A stretch of 12,542 bases of DNA from Candidatus Woesearchaeota archaeon (lineage in GTDB: Archaea > Nanobdellota > Nanobdellia > Nanobdellales > Nanobdellaceae): the NCBI GenBank assembly GCA_964468425.1, contig CAYXSZ010000082.1, positions 1 to 12,542 of the forward strand, given 5' to 3'. Position 1 is the stretch's first letter. Every line of letters begins with the position of its first letter. Below the pieces are notes generated by a model. The model saw only the letters and a list, made by a program, of their open reading frames with translations. It had not been told where the DNA came from and made no database searches. Positions 1 to 6,327 of this stretch are shown one piece after another. A program made the translations under genes and the position numbers.

Positions 1-2
1 AT

Positions 3-179
3 ACAGATTTCGACGAAATTTTGTTTTATCCCGTAGAGTTTTTAGTTATCAACAATCCTGTTAAAGTTGCGGATGTTTTGGTTTTAGATCCAAATAGAAT
101 AAAAGAAGTTTATGAGGAGGAAAAAGAGTCTTTTAAACTTAGGGAAGCAATCCTTCAGAAAAAGAAATTACAGCTCTAA
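3..179 (+). CDS. 3' end of an unidentified CDS entering from the left edge (58 codons, family not recognised)
   Basis: Frame +3 is open from the window edge to TAA at 177-179 (TDFDEILFYPVEFLVINNPVKVADVLVLDPNRIKEVYEEEKESFKLREAILQKKKLQL*). It is absent from the supplied track because it has no in-window start. Its K/E-rich composition matches the neighbouring genes. It overlaps the 3' end of the convergent HEPN ORF by 41 nt, so one of the two ends could be wrong. Confidence 0.3.
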   Translation, partial: TDFDEILFYPVEFLVINNPVKVADVLVLDPNRIKEVYEEEKESFKLREAILQKKKLQL

Positions 180-543
180 TAACTTCTTCGTTATCTTTTA
201 TTCTTTTTAGTTGATTGTATAGTGCTTTTTTGTAATCTTTTAATTCGTAATAAGAATGAGCTAATGTATCTCTGAATCTTATTATTTTAATTATTTCTTG
301 GTTGTTTGTTACTTCTTTTACCATTTCCTCGATCGAAGAAGGCTTTCCAAACTTTATAATATAATACCTCTTGATGATTTTCCTGAGGAGTTCTCCAACT
401 TTCAGTCCTATGCTGTAAAAAACTTCTGCTACTTCCCAATTTGACAAGTCCTCTTCGGAATACTTTCCAAGAAGATAACTTACTTTTTCGAGCAGAGACT
501 TCAGTTCGTTGAGTTCTCTCTGAAATTTTATCAAATAATCCAT
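139..543 (-). CDS. HEPN-domain protein, DUF86/HepT-like (putative RNase/toxin-type fold)
   Basis: 134 aa, the typical DUF86 size. It has an R-x4-H motif, RDTLAH (residues 91-96, nt 256-273), within FRDTLAHSYY, which resembles the DUF86 consensus RNxxxHxY. An upstream IG..GE helix (SIGLKVGELL) resembles the DUF86 IGEA segment. The ATG shares one nucleotide with the serS stop (TAATG at 541-545). Confidence 0.6.
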   Translation of the reverse strand: MDYLIKFQRELNELKSLLEKVSYLLGKYSEEDLSNWEVAEVFYSIGLKVGELLRKIIKRYYIIKFGKPSSIEEMVKEVTNNQEIIKIIRFRDTLAHSYYELKDYKKALYNQLKRIKDNEEVIRAVISFSEGLLP

Positions 544-2138
544 TACTTATTGATGATCTTTTCTATATCTGTGTAACTTCTCAAAACTCTTGGAACCACG
601 ATTAAATTGTTTTTTGCATCATAGTAGTTCTCTAAAATGCAGCAAAGTGTCCTTTGTTGTGCGACAAGCGTGCAATTTAATGTGTGCACATATTCTAATT
701 TCCCTTCTTTTGTTCTGTATCTTATATTTGATCTTCTTGATTGCCAATCCGTTACGTTGCTTCCTGAAACCAGTTCTCTATATTTTCCTTGTCCAGGGAA
801 CCAACCCTCAACATCGTATTGCTTATAATTTCTTTTTCCCATATCTCCAGAGGCTATTATGACTGTCCTATAAGGTAGATTTAATCTTTCCATAAACTCT
901 TCAGCATTTCTGACAATTTCTTGATGGTATTTTTCGCTATCCTTTGGTTCACAAAATATATACTGCTCGACTTTGTGGAACTGATGTACTCTAAAAATAC
1001 CTTTAGTATCTTTTCCATGAGCCCCAGCTTCTCTTCTAAAGCAAGGACTCCAACCTACATATTTTTTAGGTAGTGTATTTACCTCAAATATATCGTTAAA
1101 ATGCAATGCTGTTAAAGGATGCTCAGCTGTTCCTATTAAGTACAAATCGCCCTTTTCTAATTTATACATCATGTCTTCAAAGTCATCTAATGTTATAATT
1201 CCATTTAGAATTTCTCCTTTAAGCATATATGGAGGAATGCATGGGAAGTATCCTCTTTGCATTAAGAACTTTATTCCCTCGATAGCCAATCCAAGATCCA
1301 TTAAAGTTAGCAAACCTTTTTCAAAGTAGAATCTCGATCCAGCAACTTCTCCCGCTTTGTCAGTGTCAGCCAAATCGAATTCCTTGACTAAATCATAATG
1401 GTGTTTTGGTTCCCACTCTATTAAAACATAAGGCACGATCTTATCTTTGTTTAATTCGTCAAAGTCTAAAACTTCATTGAAGTTAATTTCTCGAAAGTCT
1501 TCATCCCCTTTTAATGATTCATAAACAATCTTTAATTTTTCTAAATCTTTTACATATTTTTGATAACTATCTGTGAAAAACTCCCTAAGCTCTACTATTT
1601 TAAATCCATATTTTTCGGTTTGTTCTTTGAAGGAATTTAAATGTCCTTTCCATACTCTCGGTATACCCCAAAATCTAATTGGAACGTTGTATGAATCATC
1701 TGGACCAATGGGTACTTCTTCGTCAACGAAATTGGGAAACTTCCAAAGCGTATCCACGAGTTCTTGGGTTACTTTTTTGAATTCTTGCTCAAGCTCGCTT
1801 ATTCGTCGTTTAATCTCGAAAATCTTTTCTCTAAGGAGTTTTTCTCCATCCTCATTTAAATACTTCTCAGGTTCTGAAAGGAACGAACTTAAGCGGTTTA
1901 AAGCGTCTTCCTTGGAAATTTTCCCGGAGGAGTAGGATTTAATAATTCCAACAGCTTTTGAAAGTTTATTTAGATTAGATCTAAGAGAGTCGAGTTCTTT
2001 TTGAATGGATCTTCGTTTTTCATCAAGTTCGAGCGCACGATCTACTAGTTTTTCTCCCACTTCCATAAAACGCTTTCTAAAAGCTTCTTTAAACTTCTCG
2101 GGATCCTTTCGAAGCAAACTAACATCTACAGGGAACAT
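543..2138 (-). CDS. serS: seryl-tRNA synthetase (class II, bacterial/archaeal-common type, with extra insertions)
   Basis: The N-terminal coiled-coil arm (LDEKRRSIQKELDSLRSNLNKLSK) is present. Class II core motifs are GSRFYFEKG, IGTAEHPL, SPCFRREAG..GKDTKGIFRVHQFHKVE, SGSNVTDWQSRR and TLNCT..AQQRTL.CILENY. ATG start. At 531 aa it is longer than the usual ~420-460 aa. Confidence 0.93.
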   Translation of the reverse strand: MFPVDVSLLRKDPEKFKEAFRKRFMEVGEKLVDRALELDEKRRSIQKELDSLRSNLNKLSKAVGIIKSYSSGKISKEDALNRLSSFLSEPEKYLNEDGEKLLREKIFEIKRRISELEQEFKKVTQELVDTLWKFPNFVDEEVPIGPDDSYNVPIRFWGIPRVWKGHLNSFKEQTEKYGFKIVELREFFTDSYQKYVKDLEKLKIVYESLKGDEDFREINFNEVLDFDELNKDKIVPYVLIEWEPKHHYDLVKEFDLADTDKAGEVAGSRFYFEKGLLTLMDLGLAIEGIKFLMQRGYFPCIPPYMLKGEILNGIITLDDFEDMMYKLEKGDLYLIGTAEHPLTALHFNDIFEVNTLPKKYVGWSPCFRREAGAHGKDTKGIFRVHQFHKVEQYIFCEPKDSEKYHQEIVRNAEEFMERLNLPYRTVIIASGDMGKRNYKQYDVEGWFPGQGKYRELVSGSNVTDWQSRRSNIRYRTKEGKLEYVHTLNCTLVAQQRTLCCILENYYDAKNNLIVVPRVLRSYTDIEKIINK

Positions 2139-2153
2139 TTAAATATAGTTTGC

Positions 2154-2166
2154 TTAAAAATTTAAA
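2154..2166 (-). promoter_or_regulatory. TATA-like box for serS (internal promoter in the 30-nt Hef-serS gap)
   Basis: The minus strand reads AATTTAAATTTTTAAGCAAACTATATTTAA-ATG. The TTTAAATTTTTAA tract lies at -28..-16 from the serS ATG. No Shine-Dalgarno sequence is visible, which is consistent with a leaderless or near-leaderless transcript. Confidence 0.4.
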
Positions 2167-2168
2167 TT

Positions 2169-4394
2169 CTATTTGTATTCTTCCTCGAAAACTTTCTTTA
2201 TTCGATCGGCTTTCGCCTCTCCAACTATGTTTGCGAGCTCTACCTTCGATGCGGTGAAAACTCCTTTAAGACTTCTAAATCGTTCTAGGAGCTTCTTAGC
2301 GAGGGATTCTCCAATTCCCGGAATCTGTTTAAGGATTTCTAGTTTTACTTCGTTGAGATTCTTTGGCTTTGAGGCAAGAGAGATTAATTGTGGAGCTGTT
2401 CCATTCTTTGCGAGGAGATATAAATAGTTAGCAGTGTCGATGAAGTTGCTGGTTCTTATTATAGGAATTTTGTACTTTAGAAGAATTGAAAGGAGTATAG
2501 ATCTTATGTAATTTGGATTTACTCCTGCTTCAGACAGCAAATCTTCCTCTCCCTCGAGAATTAAAATCGAATTGAACTTGCTTAACTTTTGAAGTTGCTC
2601 GAAGAGCCTGTTATCCATTAAAGAGCTAATAAAATCGATTATAGTTTTCCTCTCGATCACCAGATCTCCGATCAAGTAGTCTCCAACATCTAGCTTTTCT
2701 AACTTGACGACCACGCCCATTTCTGCGAGTGCTTGAACCAAACCCGAATCCTTTTCACGGTAATCTGCAACTATCACAGGAACCGTTTTCTTTTGCAAGA
2801 ATTCGATAGATTCTTTTTTATCTTCAGGAGAAGTCCTCTTTTTTTCAGTTAAAAACTTTGTTATAGGTCCAACTTCTCCAAAATGCTTAGATGGTTCCTT
2901 GACAGGTATTTCCGAATCGTGCGCCATCGTGAGCTTTATATGTTTTTTAATGTTCTTTACGAATTTTAACATTTTTCGTTCTTTGTTGATCGCAACCCAA
3001 AAGAAAGTTTCATCTCTCGTTTTCCTCGTTACGAGAATTATAACTTTTCCTATTTCCGTTCTACCAGTTCTTCCCCTTCTTTGAATGTACCTTATTTCCG
3101 AAGGGACTGGTTCGTAAAATATCACTAAATCTACTTTAGGGATGTCTATTCCTTCCTCTCCAACGGAAGTTGAGATTAAAACGTTGAACTTTCCTTCAGA
3201 AAATTCAGATAAAATTCTAATTTGATCTTCGCGCTTCATTTCTTTTTTCCCAGTAAACTTTTCGCAAGCTATACCATTTTTCTCTAGGAATTCTTTAATA
3301 CGATCAACCGTCTTTCGGATCTGTGCGAATACGATTATCTTTTTATCTTTATTCTCTTTTATTATCTCTATTAGCTTTTCAAGCTTTGGATGCTCTCTGC
3401 CTTCGAGGACTAATTTGTTTGCAAGATATCTAGCTTTTTTAACTCGAATATCGTTCAATACACTCTTTAAAGCTTGAGACCTGGAGAGAGTAGCCCTCTC
3501 ATCGAGTTCCTTAAAGTACTCAACGAATGTATATAGAGTTTGCGTTTCTAATAACTCTAGAGCATGTTCCAACTTTATAATTTCTCCTAGAACTTGTATA
3601 GCGATTGAATATTTTTGATCTTTTGTAGTTGCAAACTTTTTTCTGAGATCTTTCATCAGTTCGAGCAACTCTTTCTTTCCATAGGCTTTAGAATAACCAA
3701 GCTCCTTTAACTTCTCCCAGCGAAGCTCCAAGGCTTTATCGAGCAGTTTTTTAATTTCTAAAAGGTCATCTGAAAGCAGAATTTCGATTTTTTCGATATA
3801 AACTTTTTGAATGTATTTATATGTATCTCTTTCGTGTCCCGTTCGTATTTCTATGTCTTCTATTGCTAGGTTCTCTACAATTTCTTGAATTCTTTCAATT
3901 CTCCATCCTGGGGAAGCAGTTAGCCCTATTATTCTTGGATTTTTTGATTGCTCAACGAATTTTTTTGCAATGAAAACATAGGCGTATTTTCCAACAGCTT
4001 TATGCGCCTCGTCAAAAATTATTGTAGACGCGTCGTAGAAGCTAACTCTCCCTTCGATAAGATCGTTTTGGAGAGTCTGCGGAGTGACAAAAACGATTTG
4101 AGCTGCCTTATACATAGTCTCCCTTTTTTCTGGTTTAATGTCTCCGACTATTGCTACACACTTGGATCGAAACTCGGGGAATAATTTTATGAAATTTCGA
4201 TAATGCTGTAGAACTAGGGGCTTCGTTGGTGCAAGAAAAAAGATTTTCTGGTTTTTATATTGTTCGACTCGATTAATTATTAGTGCAAATGCGATGTACG
4301 TCTTTCCAGTTCCTGTTGGAAGGATGACTAAAGTATTTCTTTTTAAGCAAGTTTTAAGAATGTTTAATTGATATTCTCTGAGATGCAATGCCAT
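2169..4394 (-). CDS. hef: Hef: SF2 DEAH helicase fused to an XPF/Mus81-type nuclease and a C-terminal (HhH)2 domain
   Basis: Helicase motifs: Walker A LPTGTGKT, motif II FDEAH, motif III LTASPG, motif VI QRRGRTGR. Nuclease domain: VADYRE...DVGDYLIGDLVIERKTIIDF (the GDxn-ERKxxxD signature). Tail: IPGIGESLAKKLLERF...ANIVGEAKADRI (tandem HhH). 741 aa, ATG start. Confidence 0.9.
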   Translation of the reverse strand: MALHLREYQLNILKTCLKRNTLVILPTGTGKTYIAFALIINRVEQYKNQKIFFLAPTKPLVLQHYRNFIKLFPEFRSKCVAIVGDIKPEKRETMYKAAQIVFVTPQTLQNDLIEGRVSFYDASTIIFDEAHKAVGKYAYVFIAKKFVEQSKNPRIIGLTASPGWRIERIQEIVENLAIEDIEIRTGHERDTYKYIQKVYIEKIEILLSDDLLEIKKLLDKALELRWEKLKELGYSKAYGKKELLELMKDLRKKFATTKDQKYSIAIQVLGEIIKLEHALELLETQTLYTFVEYFKELDERATLSRSQALKSVLNDIRVKKARYLANKLVLEGREHPKLEKLIEIIKENKDKKIIVFAQIRKTVDRIKEFLEKNGIACEKFTGKKEMKREDQIRILSEFSEGKFNVLISTSVGEEGIDIPKVDLVIFYEPVPSEIRYIQRRGRTGRTEIGKVIILVTRKTRDETFFWVAINKERKMLKFVKNIKKHIKLTMAHDSEIPVKEPSKHFGEVGPITKFLTEKKRTSPEDKKESIEFLQKKTVPVIVADYREKDSGLVQALAEMGVVVKLEKLDVGDYLIGDLVIERKTIIDFISSLMDNRLFEQLQKLSKFNSILILEGEEDLLSEAGVNPNYIRSILLSILLKYKIPIIRTSNFIDTANYLYLLAKNGTAPQLISLASKPKNLNEVKLEILKQIPGIGESLAKKLLERFRSLKGVFTASKVELANIVGEAKADRIKKVFEEEYK

Positions 4395-4964
4395 TTATAT
4401 TTTAGGACTCAAATTCTTTTTTACTTTCTCGAAGGCATTTCGAGAGAAAGTTTCCTTATACTCTTTCATTAATTTCGTTAAATGTTCCCGATCTAGACTC
4501 AAAAGCTTTGAAACAGCTTTATCTCTTAACAAAAATTGCGCGAACTGCGTCAAATTTGATGGCTTTTTTGTTTCCTTCGCGCGTTCCCAATCCAATAAAA
4601 CAACTCTTCTTCCTGAAAGTATTACGTGCTTGTACGGTCTGTGCATCTCTTCTTTTTGAATTTTCATCGAGTCTAATAGAAAACAAATGTCCAAAACTTT
4701 GTTTATAGTATAAAGTAGTTCTTTTGTTTCTCCTTTTTTGATAATATCCTTTAAAGACTGTCCTTTTACGTATTTCATTTCTATTTCCAGATTTTTAGGA
4801 TCGAAGGAAATTAACTTAGGAACAAAAAGAAAATTTCTTAATTTTGATAAAAAGTGAACTTCCTTTTCGAAATTCTTACTTAGATTGGGTTTAAACTTCT
4901 TTAGGATTGTTCCTCTGCTTGTTAGAAAAACAAATGAATGTTTTCCTCTAGCGATTAGCTTCAT
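4395..4964 (-). CDS. small atypical protein-kinase-like protein (Bud32/RIO superfamily-like, possibly COG2112-type)
   Basis: 189 aa with a kinase-fold order of elements. These are an N-terminal loop LIARGKHSFVF, a lysine segment ILKKFK, a helix E..FLSKL, a hinge-like EMKYVKGQSL, a catalytic-loop position EEMHRPYKHVIL, and LLDWERA in place of DFG. The canonical HxDLxxxN is absent. The stop abuts the Hef ATG with 0 nt spacing (TAA|ATG). Confidence 0.5.
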   Translation of the reverse strand: MKLIARGKHSFVFLTSRGTILKKFKPNLSKNFEKEVHFLSKLRNFLFVPKLISFDPKNLEIEMKYVKGQSLKDIIKKGETKELLYTINKVLDICFLLDSMKIQKEEMHRPYKHVILSGRRVVLLDWERAKETKKPSNLTQFAQFLLRDKAVSKLLSLDREHLTKLMKEYKETFSRNAFEKVKKNLSPKI

Positions 4965-5613
4965 TTATAGGGCAAACGGCGTAGCACCTTTCTTTTTCAC
5001 AGATCGAAATGATATAGTCTATTGCATATCGGTTCCCGAGTATTTTCCCATCCGGAAGTACGCAAAAGCTATATATTCCGTTAATATAGATTGGTTTTCC
5101 TTTTTCTTGCTTACAAAGATTTTCTTCGAAATTTTTTCCCATAAAATATCCATTTTTATCTTGTATAGACGCGGGATATCCTTCCATGACATATGTCTTA
5201 TTTTTAGTGAATGCCACAACAAGGGGAACACCAAAATCCCACGAAATGTTGTGCTTCCTTAAACAAGACATCATGTTTACGGAGTCCATAGTTTTTACAA
5301 TTTTAACAGGAGTGTTTACTGTTTCAAGATAGGATAAAAGATGGTGGCAGTGAGGACACGTTGGAGAGTAAACTACGTAAATAACTGAAGCGTTTGCGTA
5401 AGACTTATTAGTGGTTGTGGATTCGTTGTAACCAATGTGACTTTGAGAGGAAATGTGGATTCCGGTCAAATTATTATTTGCATTTTGTAGAGCGCTCGCT
5501 GAAATAACGCCAGAACTTGGTAAGTTCGTTTTTTTGGAGCTGCTCGTCACATTAAGCGCAATTGGAAGAGCAAGGAATGCTAGGAGTATGGCTCCGATAA
5601 TTTCTCGCTTCAT
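4948..5613 (-). CDS. secreted or membrane-anchored thioredoxin-fold thiol:disulfide oxidoreductase (CPHC active site) with a Cys-rich C-terminal extension
   Basis: It has an N-terminal hydrophobic signal/anchor (IIGAILLAFLALPIAL) and an S/T/N-rich linker. The Trx-fold core has SPTCPHCHH and a downstream GVPLVV (cis-Pro loop position). The C-terminal ~80 aa carry 5 further Cys. The ATG overlaps the CcdA stop (ATGA). Confidence 0.7.
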   Translation of the reverse strand: MKREIIGAILLAFLALPIALNVTSSSKKTNLPSSGVISASALQNANNNLTGIHISSQSHIGYNESTTTNKSYANASVIYVVYSPTCPHCHHLLSYLETVNTPVKIVKTMDSVNMMSCLRKHNISWDFGVPLVVAFTKNKTYVMEGYPASIQDKNGYFMGKNFEENLCKQEKGKPIYINGIYSFCVLPDGKILGNRYAIDYIISICEKERCYAVCPINEANR

Positions 5614-6269
5614 ACCATAAAGAAAACAGAAAGCAATAATAACCCTGCGATTAGGTGTAGTTCTTTAATATGCTTCTCTCTCCACTCCATTATCTTCTCT
5701 GGTTTGGTTCCGAAGTAGACTAAGAGCGTGATTATAATCATTGGTAAGACGAACCAAATATTGTAATAAAGAATCCAAAGCAATCCTATCGCAAATGGAA
5801 GCTTCTTTATCAATCCAAGCATGATTACATAAGGACCAGATGAACAAGGAAGTAATAAGATAGAACAAAGCACAGCAGCTGGCAGGGCTACTAGTGGATT
5901 GTCCACGGAAGACAAAACCTTTTGAGCGATTGGTCTTAGCTTCATTGGCATTTCTATAGAAACCATTCCCGGTTTATACCTAAAGTAAGCCAGAATTTCC
6001 AGCCCGGCTAGTATTAGTAGTAATCCCTTCAAAATTATTCTGAGTATAGAGTCTATTCCCAACATATAAAGGATTTGGAGAATTCCGAGTCCGTAGAGAG
6101 TGTACATCAAATAAATGGTTGCTGAGAAAATGAGACCTCCGATCAGAACGGATTGTCGTCCCTTGGTAGCGAGCAAACTAGCTAGTAGCAAAACTTGCAC
6201 AGCAAGGGTACACGGATTAATAGAATCTACGAGAGCCAGCGAGGTTACATAGTATACATCCAGAGTCAT
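5610..6269 (-). CDS. ccdA: CcdA/DsbD-family transmembrane thiol-disulfide electron transporter
   Basis: 219 aa, a polytopic hydrophobic protein. It has the two family-typical membrane-embedded cysteines in Pro-Cys context: DSINPCTL (TM1) and LLLPCSSGPY (mid-protein). It is immediately upstream of, and overlapping, an exported CxxC protein. Confidence 0.75.
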   Translation of the reverse strand: MTLDVYYVTSLALVDSINPCTLAVQVLLLASLLATKGRQSVLIGGLIFSATIYLMYTLYGLGILQILYMLGIDSILRIILKGLLLILAGLEILAYFRYKPGMVSIEMPMKLRPIAQKVLSSVDNPLVALPAAVLCSILLLPCSSGPYVIMLGLIKKLPFAIGLLWILYYNIWFVLPMIIITLLVYFGTKPEKIMEWREKHIKELHLIAGLLLLSVFFMV

Positions 6270-6284
6270 TGTAGAGATTCATCA

Positions 6285-6295
6285 ATAAAATTTAA
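6285..6295 (-). promoter_or_regulatory. TATA-like box for the ccdA-led gene string
   Basis: The minus strand reads AAGCTTAAATTTTATTGATGAATCTCTACA-ATG. TTAAATTTTAT lies at -26..-16 from the ATG, and no SD is visible. Confidence 0.4.
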
Positions 6296-6307
6296 GCTTG
6301 TTTTGTA

Positions 6308-6326
6308 ACTTGCAAGTATTTGCAAA
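6308..6326. promoter_or_regulatory. two adjacent palindromes sharing a TTGCAA core (candidate transcription-factor site)
   Basis: ACTTGCAAGT (6308-6317) is a perfect 10-bp palindrome and TTTGCAAA (6319-6326) a perfect 8-bp palindrome. The TTGCAA cores at 6310-6315 and 6320-6325 are 10 bp apart. They lie just upstream of the TATA-like box of the ccdA string and 2 nt from the methyltransferase stop. Confidence 0.3.
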
Positions 6327-6327
6327 C

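Noticed and set aside
1-543. Classical MNT-HEPN toxin-antitoxin pair
   Set aside because: Only the HEPN half is present. The upstream gene is serS, and the convergent partial ORF at 3-179 shows no nucleotidyltransferase motif (GS..G / DxD). I therefore report it as an orphan HEPN, not a TA module.
551-572. TGATGA-12 nt-CTGT on the plus strand as a second C/D sRNA
   Set aside because: It lies antisense within the serS 3' end. The D-like box is CTGT rather than CTGA, there is no second C'/D pair at the proper spacing, and the local sequence is not GC-enriched.
590-1935. Plus-strand ORFs 590-862, 637-828 and 1573-1935 inside serS
   Set aside because: They lie wholly antisense to a motif-verified SerRS gene. 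Their translations are low-complexity, Leu/Ser/Phe/Cys-rich products typical of the reverse strand of K/E-rich genes. They have no recognisable motifs or promoter context.
2173-4184. Plus-strand ORFs 2173-2427, 2899-3084 and 3948-4184 inside hef
   Set aside because: They are antisense shadows of the Hef reading frame, with no conserved motifs and S/F/L-rich composition.
2169-4394. Helicase-nuclease as a novel defence effector
   Set aside because: The domain order and motifs (DEAH helicase, GDxnERK nuclease, tandem HhH) match canonical archaeal Hef, a replication-fork repair enzyme. Nothing suggests a defence-island context.
4395-4964. Calling the small kinase-like ORF Bud32 (Kae1-associated kinase)
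   Set aside because: It lacks the Bud32 HxDLTxSN and DFG motifs and has no adjacent Kae1. I kept the call at the superfamily level.
4508-5868. ORFs 4508-4708(+), 4885-5262(+), 5019-5234(-) and 5665-5868(-)
   Set aside because: They overlap the kinase-like, Trx-like and CcdA genes, either on the opposite strand or out of frame. The host genes have clear motifs (CPHC, NPC/PCS) and the overlapping ORFs have none.
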